Shown here one piece after another: positions 26,543 through 35,944 of a DNA stretch of 64,000 nt. Each line of letters begins with the position of its first letter. The stretch's first letter is position 1. The notes under the pieces are model-generated. The model saw only the letters and a list, made by a program, of their open reading frames with translations. It was not told the origin of the DNA and searched no databases. The stretch is from a virus (lineage: Duplodnaviria > Caudoviricetes), in IMG/VR virus record IMGVR_UViG_3300020411_000980, positions 1 to 64,000 of that record, one strand, 5' to 3'. The position numbers and the translations under genes were made by a program.

Positions 26543-27775
26543 TTATTTATACGATAGAGGAAGTGGTGGTATCCCTTTAACAAATATGTCATCTACTACT
26601 CTTTGCAATCTTGCTAGTGTTGCTTTGCTGCTCATAGGTACACAAACATAACCAGTTGACTTGCGATAGAACTGTACTTGACCAGATTGTATTTTATTTG
26701 AGTTAATATTTGCCTTATCTTGTGGATCCATCCTTATAACTCTACCTATTGTCTGTGCCATTTCTATGAGATTCAACTGTCTCAACATAATACTGTGAGT
26801 CAATCCACTAACTGAGATGCCTTCAGATAGTATAGAGTAATGAAATACGATAAACTTCTTATCATCATCAGTTCCCCACTCATTTAATGTGTCCATAAAC
26901 TGTGTCCTTGATACTTTCTTATCGTTAACGTATGCACCAAACTTACTAGTGACGTGTAACACATCATAACCACGATCTTTCAACTCTTGTAATAGTGGTG
27001 TTCTACCTAGCATTGCCTGAAGAACCTTAGAAGATCCAATACTGACAACCACTTTAGGGGTCAATTCACTATCATCAATCTCATCAAGTAGGTCTAGTGT
27101 TGCATCAACATCAAACTCGTGAGCATTCTGTCTAGTCCTTGTTCCATTAACATCAAATGGTACTATAGTTGGTGGAATAATTGAACCATTGTCAATCAAT
27201 TCACTAGCAGTAACGTTTTCAATTACCTCACCATAAATGCTAGGTATGTTCATACCTATGAAATTAGATCTAGTTCCATACTTAGGTGTTGCTGTGAAAT
27301 AATAGTCCTTAGTTAATTCTCTCTGACTAAACTCCTGAACAGCAGGAAAAAATGATTTAGTTGTGCTATTATGTGCTTCATCATAATATACTACATCAAC
27401 ATCATCCAATACACATACCTTATGAAGAGAATGGTATGTTGTAAAGATTAGTATATTATTTGTATTGTTATCTACCCACTCTTGAATAACTTTAGGGTCA
27501 GTAGTATTCTTATACTCATTCTTACCACTATGGACGTGTAACACATCAGCATCAATCAATGATGTGAACTCAGTACATAGTTGTTGTGCCAATAGAATAC
27601 GAGGTGCAACTACAACTATAGTCTGTGGTACTGGACTCTCTTCAAAATGCTTGATAGCGTGCTGTATCATTATCATTGTCTTACCACCACCAGTAGGCAC
27701 AATGATCTGTCCTTTATCATTGTCACCCATTGCTGCGAGTGCTCTTTCTTGGTGTGGTCTTAGTGTGATACTCAA
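26543..27775 (-). CDS. SF2 DExH helicase (ResIII-like)
   Basis: LRPHQ Q-motif, PTGGGKT, DEAH, TATP, QTIGRVIR. Confidence 0.9.
   Translation of the reverse strand: MSITLRPHQERALAAMGDNDKGQIIVPTGGGKTMIMIQHAIKHFEESPVPQTIVVVAPRILLAQQLCTEFTSLIDADVLHVHSGKNEYKNTTDPKVIQEWVDNNTNNILIFTTYHSLHKVCVLDDVDVVYYDEAHNSTTKSFFPAVQEFSQRELTKDYYFTATPKYGTRSNFIGMNIPSIYGEVIENVTASELIDNGSIIPPTIVPFDVNGTRTRQNAHEFDVDATLDLLDEIDDSELTPKVVVSIGSSKVLQAMLGRTPLLQELKDRGYDVLHVTSKFGAYVNDKKVSRTQFMDTLNEWGTDDDKKFIVFHYSILSEGISVSGLTHSIMLRQLNLIEMAQTIGRVIRMDPQDKANINSNKIQSGQVQFYRKSTGYVCVPMSSKATLARLQRVVDDIFVKGIPPLPLSYK
26544..26551 (-). promoter_or_regulatory. T4 late promoter TATAAATA
   Basis: Exact T4 gp55 consensus. Confidence 0.55.
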
Positions 27776-27796
27776 ATGCCTTGCTTAACTGTATTA

Positions 27797-27854
27797 ATCA
27801 TACAGGCAAACAAGGCAAAATGCTAGTGGTGTGTGGCAGTTAGACGTGTGTCAC
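27797..27854 (-). promoter_or_regulatory. Early promoter with 22-bp box
   Basis: Box GTGACACACGTCTAACTGCCAC at 27833-27854; TATGAT at 27797-27802. Confidence 0.6.
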
Positions 27855-28064
27855 ACGCTCTTGGTAGAATATGCTCCCACCATATCCGATCATCTTGTGT
27901 AACCACTCATCACAATTACTGTCTTTCATAAACATTTCGGTAATGGACTCCTTACCATTGTTTGTAGTCCATACACGTTCATAAGTATGGTGGTGTTGAT
28001 TGTACTCATAACCATCAGTCAATAATTGTTCAATGAAATTGAGATCATCATCTGTTACGGTCAT
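27840..28064 (-). CDS. Hypothetical protein
   Basis: ORF track. Confidence 0.6.
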   Translation of the reverse strand: MTVTDDDLNFIEQLLTDGYEYNQHHHTYERVWTTNNGKESITEMFMKDSNCDEWLHKMIGYGGSIFYQERVTHV

Positions 28065-28374
28065 AATCGTAGTAATGCTTAGAGTGTTTGTAGGGTTGTG
28101 GTCTCTTCCATAACCCTGACTTGCTATCCATTATAGCATCTCTTTGTACCTCTGTTCCTCTAGTCTGATTATCATAACAATCAAAGTCGAGTGCATCAAG
28201 ATCTTTACCAACTCGTGTTTCAGATCTGAGATATACTTCTCTGAGTTCATCTGATTTAAGCATTGTATTAATTCTTTTGAGTTGTTCTAACTCATTTTCA
28301 AGGTTGCGAATAACCTTATCGAGATTTGTCATAATCTTCTCTGGCAAGTTGAATGAATGTTTCGATTTGTTCAT
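28048..28374 (-). CDS. Hypothetical protein (likely start MTNLDK)
   Basis: ORF track; coiled-coil-like N-terminal part. Confidence 0.6.
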   Translation of the reverse strand: MNKSKHSFNLPEKIMTNLDKVIRNLENELEQLKRINTMLKSDELREVYLRSETRVGKDLDALDFDCYDNQTRGTEVQRDAIMDSKSGLWKRPQPYKHSKHYYDYDRNR

Positions 28375-28489
28375 CTGTTGCTTGACCTAACCAACTCCAA
28401 TGTGGGTCGTTAGGATCATATTCAAGTGATACTTTACCATTGTCATCAACGACAACCTTGAGTGAATCACCTGCTTTCATATCAGTCAT
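28316..28489 (-). CDS. Small hypothetical protein (57 aa)
   Basis: Manual translation MTDMKAGDSLKVVVDDNGKVSLEYDPNDPHWSWL... Confidence 0.6.
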   Translation of the reverse strand: MTDMKAGDSLKVVVDDNGKVSLEYDPNDPHWSWLGQATDEQIETFIQLAREDYDKSR

Positions 28490-28779
28490 ACTACCTCATC
28501 AAACCTCCAATGTGGGTCATCCTTACCATCTGACCAAAACCAAAAGTCGTGATTGTGATTAGATGATAAGAATGTCCTACCATCTGATCTACGTTCTTCA
28601 ATGGTTGCCATATTATTACTGTTCATTGCTTCAACAAACTGTAACTTAGCACGATCACTAATTGGTCTTACCTTCGCCAATTTCCTCAATGGTGACATCA
28701 TCAACCTCCTGTCTAATAGTGTTATAAATGTCAGAGTATTTAACTCCGTGAAGATTCTCACTTGCATATTGTAATTCAA
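28486..28779 (-). CDS. Hypothetical protein (likely internal start MMSPLRK)
   Basis: VRPISDRAKLQF..FWFW..DDPHW; GGAGG before the internal ATG. Confidence 0.6.
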   Translation of the reverse strand: MNYNMQVRIFTELNTLTFITLLDRRLMMSPLRKLAKVRPISDRAKLQFVEAMNSNNMATIEERRSDGRTFLSSNHNHDFWFWSDGKDDPHWRFDEVV

Positions 28780-28909
28780 GTGGGAAGTGTTGTAAAGCAG
28801 TTAATAATGCTTCTGCTTCATTCTTCGGTAGGTTAAGGTTAACCCAAGGTATAATAACCTTACCATCAAACTCACTTTGTGTTGCGTTTGGATTCGCTTT
28901 AATCATCAT
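28658..28909 (-). CDS. Hypothetical protein
   Basis: ORF track. Confidence 0.55.
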   Translation of the reverse strand: MMIKANPNATQSEFDGKVIIPWVNLNLPKNEAEALLTALQHFPLELQYASENLHGVKYSDIYNTIRQEVDDVTIEEIGEGKTN

Positions 28910-29235
28910 CTTTCTTCAATAGGTGGTAGTAGGTCATTTCCTGGATGTTCAACTATCTTTCCGTGATAGTTTCTGACATTGCGAGGGAATAGACTTTCAT
29001 CTATCTCAATGTCCAACCAGTCGCTATTGTATATTAGCACATTACAGAACTTTTTACCGTGCATTGCATCAGGATCGTCCGTCTCGTGAGTACACATTGT
29101 AATATAATCATCACATACAAATGATATGTAACCAGATTCACCTTTAAATTTGATGTAGTTACCTAGTTCAAGTGACTTAAGAATGTTTCTCATTTCGAGT
29201 TGGATAGCGTTGGCGAGGAAAAGATTAATAGACAT
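28906..29235 (-). CDS. Hypothetical protein
   Basis: GYISFVCDDYITMC..CNVLIY..W. Confidence 0.65.
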   Translation of the reverse strand: MSINLFLANAIQLEMRNILKSLELGNYIKFKGESGYISFVCDDYITMCTHETDDPDAMHGKKFCNVLIYNSDWLDIEIDESLFPRNVRNYHGKIVEHPGNDLLPPIEER

Positions 29236-29241
29236 ATTATT

Positions 29242-29436
29242 TTATGTCTCAACGTACTTAAGATATAATAAGTCAGTTATTTCCTCTACAGTATGCAGTA
29301 ACTCGTGTAGTTGTTTATCATTTATTCTATGTTCACTATGTGATTGATATGTCTTAGATATAAACATACCAAGTGACTTACGCAAGATGTCTTTGCTCTC
29401 GCTATTTAATATTTGAGATCTGATTCCTAACATCAC
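29242..29436 (-). CDS. Hypothetical protein
   Basis: ORF track. Confidence 0.55.
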   Translation of the reverse strand: MMLGIRSQILNSESKDILRKSLGMFISKTYQSHSEHRINDKQLHELLHTVEEITDLLYLKYVET

Positions 29437-30101
29437 AGTAAAGGGATAAGAGAGAATTGGTCGTCTGGTAAATCACCTCTTGTTTCAATGTCAAATCCTA
29501 GGGTAATTCTGTTACCTTCGTACTCTTCATTAACACATACTTTATGCATTCGTTCCCAACCTGGTCCGAAATAAATGTTACCAACTTCATTATTTATTTC
29601 ATATAAAGGTCCCCGCTGATCTCTAAATTTTGTTATGCTATTCTTTGGATCAATACTTACATATCCGTGGTAATCAAACTTATGATCGTGCCAGTTTAAT
29701 ACTTCATTTGGTTTGTGCATATTAACCCAACATTGCATCCATAATGGTTCATCAGTTCCTAACGTTGTTCTAACTACTGTCCTTATATCTTGTAGCAATA
29801 ACCAAAATAATGGTGATGGTGCAGTTAATGAGAATAGATTATAGAACCGATAACCAGAATAGTTAGTGTCCATATTATCCAACTGCTCCCTATCTAACTT
29901 TAAATCCTCTCTGTCAAATAGTTCTGGCAATGCACCTAGAGTCAACCCCTCTTGTCTTAATGAACTATCAAGACCAGTGAATGTCTCTTTAAATAATCTA
30001 TAACCACGTCCTAATTGACGTAGCATTTCCTCTTGCTCGTGTTCTACAACTGGTGATCTATACAGTACCCAGTCCTCACCCTCCTTAATTTTGTACGTCA
30101 T
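29433..30101 (-). CDS. 2OG-Fe(II) oxygenase-like
   Basis: QCWVN..LNWHDH..HGYVSIDP..HKV..RITLGFD. Confidence 0.8.
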   Translation of the reverse strand: MTYKIKEGEDWVLYRSPVVEHEQEEMLRQLGRGYRLFKETFTGLDSSLRQEGLTLGALPELFDREDLKLDREQLDNMDTNYSGYRFYNLFSLTAPSPLFWLLLQDIRTVVRTTLGTDEPLWMQCWVNMHKPNEVLNWHDHKFDYHGYVSIDPKNSITKFRDQRGPLYEINNEVGNIYFGPGWERMHKVCVNEEYEGNRITLGFDIETRGDLPDDQFSLIPLL

Positions 30102-30756
30102 TTGGATTGTATGCTAAACGTGGATCTTTCGGCATTGCATCTGCCAAATTGATGTTAACAACAGGTCGCCAAGTACCTACTGGTGTTGTTGATGAGTGAA
30201 ATAGATCACCCTTGAATGCCACTGCTCTACCCTTCTTAGGTGATACTCGTGTCATTTCTGTGAATTTGTCCTGTTTGACTAACTCAACATATTGTTGGGG
30301 ATCTTGTGTCCTCTCGTTATAGATGATAGTGTCACCATTTGAATTATCAATATAATATACCACGTTCCAAGAGTTTTGTACATAACTGTCAACGTGTGGT
30401 AACTGAATGATGTTAGAGCACCAAGCAGGTACGTGGTTAACTCTCATCCTAAGCAATGCTTCTGCCTTTAACTTATCTCTGAACTGTAATGCTAGAGGCA
30501 TAAATGCGTTGCATAATGTTGATAACTCACCTTGCTCACACTCAAATAGATAATGGAATGCACAATATCCATTGCGAGGATCACCTAAAAATAGATCACT
30601 AATTGCATTGTCCTTAATCATCCATTTGAGATCAGGGTTCTTAATACAATCTATTAACCAATTCTGATATACTGGTGGGATTATATCATCAAAGACAATA
30701 ACGTCTTTCATATTATTGAATTGTGTCTTAAATGGTGACTGTACTGTAAACTTCAT
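30085..30756 (-). CDS. 2OG-Fe(II) oxygenase
   Basis: PHVD..YYIDNSNGDT..PKKGRAVAF..HSS..RPVVNIN. Confidence 0.85.
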   Translation of the reverse strand: MKFTVQSPFKTQFNNMKDVIVFDDIIPPVYQNWLIDCIKNPDLKWMIKDNAISDLFLGDPRNGYCAFHYLFECEQGELSTLCNAFMPLALQFRDKLKAEALLRMRVNHVPAWCSNIIQLPHVDSYVQNSWNVVYYIDNSNGDTIIYNERTQDPQQYVELVKQDKFTEMTRVSPKKGRAVAFKGDLFHSSTTPVGTWRPVVNINLADAMPKDPRLAYNPNDVQN

Positions 30757-30757
30757 A

Positions 30758-31435
30758 TTATGTGTAGTAAGGTGATGAGTTAATCATTGCTTGTTCTTCT
30801 TTAATGAAGTCTGCTGCTGACTCCCAAGGCATTGATAACATTGGTCGTCCATCATATTTGTTCTTAGCATATTTTCCATTTGCATCAACATAAGATACAA
30901 ATGCTTGTATCTGTAACTCACCTGTGTACTTGGGTCTCCAGTGGAAATCTTTATGTCCTCTGAATATACATATATCTCCTTGATTCATATAAACTTGATG
31001 TGATTTGCCATCCATTTCTAAGTACAAGGGCCAATCAACTTCATCCCTTGTTATACACACATTAGCAACCCATTCACCACTTGTTCTATCTCTATGTCTT
31101 ACTAAATTAGTTCCCTTAACATATACTCTAGCATAACTAAATGTTTGATGTAATTGTATATCTAACACCTGTTCAATCTGTGGTTGTATGTGTTGTCCCA
31201 TTGCTTCAAAACATACTGGTGAATACATTGCAAATGCACCTGGCATTATAGGATCAGATGTGGGTCCAGAATACTGTGTTTCAACCACATTCTTAATCAT
31301 CATATATTCTATCTTTAATTGTTCACAAGTCTCTATTGATAGACCATCACGAATGACATATAATTTGCCATCAGCAATAGTATCAACCTTCAAATCTTGC
31401 TTCATATGACTGGTAGTCATTAATTCCTCTCCCAA
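30758..31435 (-). CDS. 2OG-Fe(II) oxygenase
   Basis: TFSYARVY..LVRHRDR..GDICIFRG..HWR..QAFVSYV. Confidence 0.85.
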   Translation of the reverse strand: MGEELMTTSHMKQDLKVDTIADGKLYVIRDGLSIETCEQLKIEYMMIKNVVETQYSGPTSDPIMPGAFAMYSPVCFEAMGQHIQPQIEQVLDIQLHQTFSYARVYVKGTNLVRHRDRTSGEWVANVCITRDEVDWPLYLEMDGKSHQVYMNQGDICIFRGHKDFHWRPKYTGELQIQAFVSYVDANGKYAKNKYDGRPMLSMPWESAADFIKEEQAMINSSPYYT

Positions 31436-32045
31436 AGAATACTAGAGTTAGTCTTGCATCATCAGATGTAGAACCATAGAAATTCTGTCCTCCGTGATAC
31501 TTTCTTCCATCAAATATTATAGCACGATTGTAACGTGCTTGTACCTTGATAGATTCAATAAAATATGAATTACACTCCTCCTTATACTTATCAAAGTTAG
31601 CAATCTCTTCAGTACCTTGTGCTTCCATTGCCTTATGAAACTCCTCTTCATATCCTTGCATTTCAGCACCAGCAGGTACATCATATATTGTTGTTCCACT
31701 ATCCTCAGTCATATCTGGATTAAGATAGATAACACCACCAATTCCTAAATGGTCGTCATCTGTGTGTATCCATCCACTACCACATTCACCTGTACTAATA
31801 TGAAATGCTGCGTCTGCTATCTCAAATGCACGATAACTTGGTAAGTATTTAATTATCTTTCTACATATAATCTCGTGAAAAACAGGATCTAAATCTTGTA
31901 TGAGTTTAGTTCTCTTACCTGGCCAATACCCTCTGTTTGGATGTTCAGTACAAGGATAATATTCAAGTGATTGTGCATACTTTCGCACTAAACTTGGTGT
32001 CTCAAAGAATCTATCAATAATAGTTGTTGGTACTATTTCTGCCAT
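31383..32045 (-). CDS. 2OG-Fe(II) oxygenase
   Basis: WPGKRT..GWIHTD..GVIYLNP..SGT..YNRAIIFD..HG..RLTLVFF. Confidence 0.85.
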   Translation of the reverse strand: MAEIVPTTIIDRFFETPSLVRKYAQSLEYYPCTEHPNRGYWPGKRTKLIQDLDPVFHEIICRKIIKYLPSYRAFEIADAAFHISTGECGSGWIHTDDDHLGIGGVIYLNPDMTEDSGTTIYDVPAGAEMQGYEEEFHKAMEAQGTEEIANFDKYKEECNSYFIESIKVQARYNRAIIFDGRKYHGGQNFYGSTSDDARLTLVFFGRGINDYQSYEARFEG

Positions 32046-32728
32046 AATCTAAAAGGACATTTAGTCGTGTTAAAAATAAGATTGTGTGTGATACGAGGGA
32101 ATAGATTCTTAGTATCTACTCTCTTTTGTGCATCACGTAATTGCTTACTTGTTGGTGTAGATTTAACCATATCATATTTTTGATTATGGTTATGTTCTTG
32201 ATAAAATGCTATACGATATATAGGATCTCCTCTTCTAATTATAATAGGTTTAGACTCATCTATAAAGTTAATAGCAAATCCAATAGGACGTGACCAATCA
32301 GATAAATTCCACCATCCTTCTACTATCTTAAAATTATTACTAGCACATTGTTTCTGTTCTACCCATACATTCTTAGCACTTGTCCACATTAAGAAGATAG
32401 GTATATGTATTTGAAACGTTTGATCTACTTCCCAATTTGGTGGTGGTTGTATTATTTGATGAAACAGATCACCTAAGTTAGACTCAAGATACTGCTCCTT
32501 TCTATTCATTCTTAATTCAATATGTTTAGGTGCCCGTATCACAAACTCCCGTTTGGTTTTATGCTGCCAAGCAGGACAAGAATGATATATTGTTTTGCTA
32601 GGATCAAATGTATCATAATATCTCTCAGGTTCAAACCCAACACCATCTAAGGTCAATGATGAGTCTAGTGCTCTATCAAGTGACCAGTCTGGTGATTCAT
32701 ATTGTAGATAGTTTATTTGAATGGGCAT
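32033..32728 (-). CDS. Conserved hypothetical beta-rich protein (paralogue of 32713-33402)
   Basis: CPAW..FVIRAP..VEGWWNLSDWSRP..IRRGDPIY..KCPF. Confidence 0.75.
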   Translation of the reverse strand: MPIQINYLQYESPDWSLDRALDSSLTLDGVGFEPERYYDTFDPSKTIYHSCPAWQHKTKREFVIRAPKHIELRMNRKEQYLESNLGDLFHQIIQPPPNWEVDQTFQIHIPIFLMWTSAKNVWVEQKQCASNNFKIVEGWWNLSDWSRPIGFAINFIDESKPIIIRRGDPIYRIAFYQEHNHNQKYDMVKSTPTSKQLRDAQKRVDTKNLFPRITHNLIFNTTKCPFRLWQK

Positions 32729-33402
32729 TGTTTAAACATAAGAGTCTTTGCTAAATTGCTGATGAATCCTTTCACCCTCACTCTCTTATTCATTTGAATC
32801 AATAGATCTTTAGGTGGCATTGCCTTCACAAATTTAAACTCTTGATTGAGATTACTCTCTTCAATGAAATTTATTTTATATAATGGATCACCACGCTTAA
32901 TGATAACAGGTTTAGTATTGTCAACAATATTCAATCCAAATGATATAGGACGTGTCCAAGATGATAGATTGAACCATCCTTGAACTACTGTGAAATTATT
33001 ATTAAGTGAAGTGAGTGGATGATCTTTAACCTCTACCCATATATTTTTATTCTTTGTCCAACATATCAACATAGGCATACACACCTGTAATGTTGTTATT
33101 GGTGCTCTCTTATTTTGTACCTGTACTGTTCTGTTTAACTCTTGAGCATTTAACTGCTTACATATTATTTGAGAATTATCATTGTCAATCTCTAGTGTGA
33201 TATCTTTAGGTGCATATACTATCCACTCTCGTGATGTCTTATGAGTAAATGCAGGACAATCTAAGTATGGTGTCGTCTTAGGCATTGTATCCAAAGTTTT
33301 CCTTGGTTCAATACCAACACCATCTATTGATAGAGGTGAATCTAGTATGTCTGTGACATTCTCAGCACCTTCATATTGATAGTAGTTAATCAGAACAGAC
33401 AT
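32713..33402 (-). CDS. Conserved hypothetical beta-rich protein (paralogue of 32033-32728)
   Basis: CPAF..WIVYAP..VQGWFNLSSWTRP..IKRGDPLY..QCPF. Confidence 0.75.
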   Translation of the reverse strand: MSVLINYYQYEGAENVTDILDSPLSIDGVGIEPRKTLDTMPKTTPYLDCPAFTHKTSREWIVYAPKDITLEIDNDNSQIICKQLNAQELNRTVQVQNKRAPITTLQVCMPMLICWTKNKNIWVEVKDHPLTSLNNNFTVVQGWFNLSSWTRPISFGLNIVDNTKPVIIKRGDPLYKINFIEESNLNQEFKFVKAMPPKDLLIQMNKRVRVKGFISNLAKTLMFKQCPFK

Positions 33403-33904
33403 AGTTAAAATTAATCACAATTCTATTTGTAGCATAGGTGGGTGAACTCGATGCGTGCATCCTTAAACCATCAAAAATAATGAGTTTATTCTTCTCAGGT
33501 TTAACCTTATCTGTGATAGTACCATTTTCATCAAAGAATATGGTCTCACCATCAGAATCATTCACATAATATAGTGCTGTAGTGTGTGGTATATCAAAAT
33601 CCACGTGTGGTCTATTATAACCTGTCTTAGTACTTAAAAGCAACCCTCCCTTAATCCTGAGTAGTTTGTGATCCTTTGGTACAAAGTGTAAGAGCATAGG
33701 ATATACAAAATCTAAACACTCTGATTCTACTCCTTCCATCTCATCAAAGAATAGATGTGCAAATCCTGGTGTACCTCGTTTGTGTGGACCTTCATTAGCA
33801 TATGTTATATCATCTAAAAAATGCCAGTTGAATTTATATGAACTCATCATCTTATGAATTCTGTTTGCATATAATTCTGGAAGCAAATTGTTAATGACCT
33901 TCAT
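33386..33904 (-). CDS. 2OG-Fe(II) oxygenase
   Basis: PHVD..YYVNDSDGET..IIFDG..HAS..RIVINFN. Confidence 0.85.
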   Translation of the reverse strand: MKVINNLLPELYANRIHKMMSSYKFNWHFLDDITYANEGPHKRGTPGFAHLFFDEMEGVESECLDFVYPMLLHFVPKDHKLLRIKGGLLLSTKTGYNRPHVDFDIPHTTALYYVNDSDGETIFFDENGTITDKVKPEKNKLIIFDGLRMHASSSPTYATNRIVINFNYVCSD

Positions 33905-34505
33905 AATTGATTGATAATACTACACGATCTTCATCAGTATTATTTGGTTGTGTTGCGTGCTTCAACCAACCAGGAAATACTAATATGTCATTTGTGTGAA
34001 CTGGTATCTCTCTCCAGAGATTTTGTTCTGGTACCTGTGGAGAACCAAAGCGATGATACTCTAATGGATCTCTAATTAAAAAGTTCCCTGATCCTCGTGG
34101 TGCCTTGAGATAACAAGACAATACCATAGGACAGGGACTGTGTAAATGTTCTGTTGTTATTCCACCACGCTTGTGGATATTGATCCAAGACTCACGTGGT
34201 GTGATGTGACAATTAAAATAACCCCAGTGATCCCAAATTGGAATTAACTGTTTGTGAATAATATAGAAGAACTTTTGTAAACACTCCCAATTATGGGGTG
34301 CATAAGATTCTAGTGATGCTGACGCTGTACTAAATGCGTTGTTGCTCTCTAGTTCTGAATTAGTTCTAACTGTATCTAATAATGATCCTACATCATATTG
34401 TAGTGAACCACCGTGTTCATACTCAAAATCATAGTTGAGTCTCCAAACATAATTTGGAATATACTCAACTGGTTTAGGATCTTCTGGGGTTATTATTAAA
34501 CTCAT
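33891..34505 (-). CDS. 2OG-Fe(II) oxygenase-like (HxH type)
   Basis: SWINIH..EHLH..SCYLKAP..DP..VFPGWLKH..RVVLSIN. Confidence 0.85.
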   Translation of the reverse strand: MSLIITPEDPKPVEYIPNYVWRLNYDFEYEHGGSLQYDVGSLLDTVRTNSELESNNAFSTASASLESYAPHNWECLQKFFYIIHKQLIPIWDHWGYFNCHITPRESWINIHKRGGITTEHLHSPCPMVLSCYLKAPRGSGNFLIRDPLEYHRFGSPQVPEQNLWREIPVHTNDILVFPGWLKHATQPNNTDEDRVVLSINYEGH

Positions 34506-34695
34506 CCACTTTCTCCTTTAACTGCTTGATTCTTTTAGCAGATTCTTCTCTAACCTTTCTGGATAGACGTTTAAGGGTTGGTGGATGAGTTTCATAATTT
34601 ATCCAATTAGACCAGAAATTTGTGTCATTACTCTTCTTTGACATTAGCGTAAGGTAGCATCTCCTTGAATGTACTTGTAGCAAACTTGTAAGCAA
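34474..34695 (-). CDS. Hypothetical protein (likely start MSKKS)
   Basis: ORF track; fills the gap between ho1 and the oxygenase. Confidence 0.45.
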   Translation of the reverse strand: MLTSLLQVHSRRCYLTLMSKKSNDTNFWSNWINYETHPPTLKRLSRKVREESAKRIKQLKEKVDEFNNNPRRS

Positions 34696-35206
34696 CTCTT
34701 ACTTCGTCTGCCATTGAATCGTCTAGTTTAGCACGAATGAGACCCTTTAGTTTCTCTGGGTTAGCGAACTCATACATTGCTGAAGAACCTGGTACTTTCT
34801 TAGCAAGCATTTGTCCACCCATCAGATCACCCATATGTCTGGTATAGACGTGTGCCATCAATCTTTTTTGTCTACTCTCTGAACTAGGATCTTTCTCGAT
34901 CTGTTCAATGTACTTAGTAAACTCTTTAGTTGTTTCTAAAGTTGGTGGGATCTCACCTTCATTACCATAGTCACCCCATAGTTCTTGAAAGTCTTTAACT
35001 AAACCAGGATATCTATTGATATCTTCTAGTCCATTTAATACTTCATTCCTTGATGCTGCATCTTCTAACACATCATACTGTTGGATCTGATTGTATAAGA
35101 ATATAGCATATGATTTTGGATGTAATTTACCTCCAAACATCATACCAACAAAGGGTTGTTCCTCTGCTCTTTTGTGGTGTTCCCACGTTGCTTCTTTAAG
35201 TGACAT
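34628..35206 (-). CDS. ho1: Heme oxygenase
   Basis: LKEATWEHHKRAE proximal His; AHVYTRHMGDLMGGQML distal helix. Confidence 0.92.
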   Translation of the reverse strand: MSLKEATWEHHKRAEEQPFVGMMFGGKLHPKSYAIFLYNQIQQYDVLEDAASRNEVLNGLEDINRYPGLVKDFQELWGDYGNEGEIPPTLETTKEFTKYIEQIEKDPSSESRQKRLMAHVYTRHMGDLMGGQMLAKKVPGSSAMYEFANPEKLKGLIRAKLDDSMADEVRVAYKFATSTFKEMLPYANVKEE

Positions 35207-35208
35207 AA

Positions 35209-35472
35209 TTAATCTTTAAGGTCAGGTAATTTCTTTTCTACCCAGTGCTCCGTGTTATCTATACCAGCAGCAGTGACATATCTCATAATATGCTCATCAA
35301 TCTGATGATAGACTGGGTGTAGATCTAAATCCATATTAATATCGTGTGCTATCTGTGATATCTGATCTGCTGAGAAGCAATGATCAGGATGTAATAGATC
35401 ACAACAAGGGATACGCTTCTCAATTAATTCATTGAGGTTGATACGTATCTCATAATCTCTGTAGACTGGCAT
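35209..35472 (-). CDS. Hypothetical protein
   Basis: 87 aa, CCDLLHPDHC motif. Confidence 0.7.
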   Translation of the reverse strand: MPVYRDYEIRINLNELIEKRIPCCDLLHPDHCFSADQISQIAHDINMDLDLHPVYHQIDEHIMRYVTAAGIDNTEHWVEKKLPDLKD

Positions 35473-35474
35473 AA

Positions 35475-35639
35475 TTAATAACTTGGTTCTAAGTCTGAGT
35501 GTTCAGGTTCATTGACCTCGGAAAATGTTATGTCATCCCAATAGGAATGATATAACCTACCCCATATAACTTTAAATTCGTCATCATCAAGGTCTTTGAA
35601 TAGACAGCGATCTTTAAGATATATGTGGTATGTTGACAT
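35475..35639 (-). CDS. Small hypothetical protein (54 aa)
   Basis: Manual translation MSTYHIYLKDRCLFKDLDDDEFKVIW...; GGAGG RBS. Confidence 0.65.
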   Translation of the reverse strand: MSTYHIYLKDRCLFKDLDDDEFKVIWGRLYHSYWDDITFSEVNEPEHSDLEPSY

Positions 35640-35944
35640 TAGTCCTCCGTGCGTTGTCCTATGGTTTCTATATTATCATCCTCCTCGGTAGCGAGTTCGA
35701 ATGATGGCATATTAACTTCTCCGTCGTCTCCCATTATATCACGCTTTACCATAAACAGTGCATCGATAGCACCTTCAAGTCTTGATCTCTGACTATATGC
35801 TTCAGATCTCTTCTGAAAATCAACAGTAGTCACACCATAAGGATTTAGTTTCTTGTTACTAAATTCCTCATCTAGTTCTTCTATCAATTTAGTTTGTTCT
35901 TCCTTTTGTAAGTGGAAGTTTTGTATCAGTTCATCAATAGTCAT
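35639..35944 (-). CDS. Hypothetical coiled-coil protein
   Basis: ORF track; RLEGAIDAL. Confidence 0.7.
   Translation of the reverse strand: MTIDELIQNFHLQKEEQTKLIEELDEEFSNKKLNPYGVTTVDFQKRSEAYSQRSRLEGAIDALFMVKRDIMGDDGEVNMPSFELATEEDDNIETIGQRTED

Noticed and set aside
19565-27854. Repeats as a CRISPR array, or as NtcA, CRP or LexA boxes
   Set aside because: Copies are degenerate and separated by whole genes; the core CA(G/C)-N8-(C/G)TG does not match GTA-N8-TAC or TGTGA-N6-TCACA and is the reverse arrangement of the E. coli LexA box
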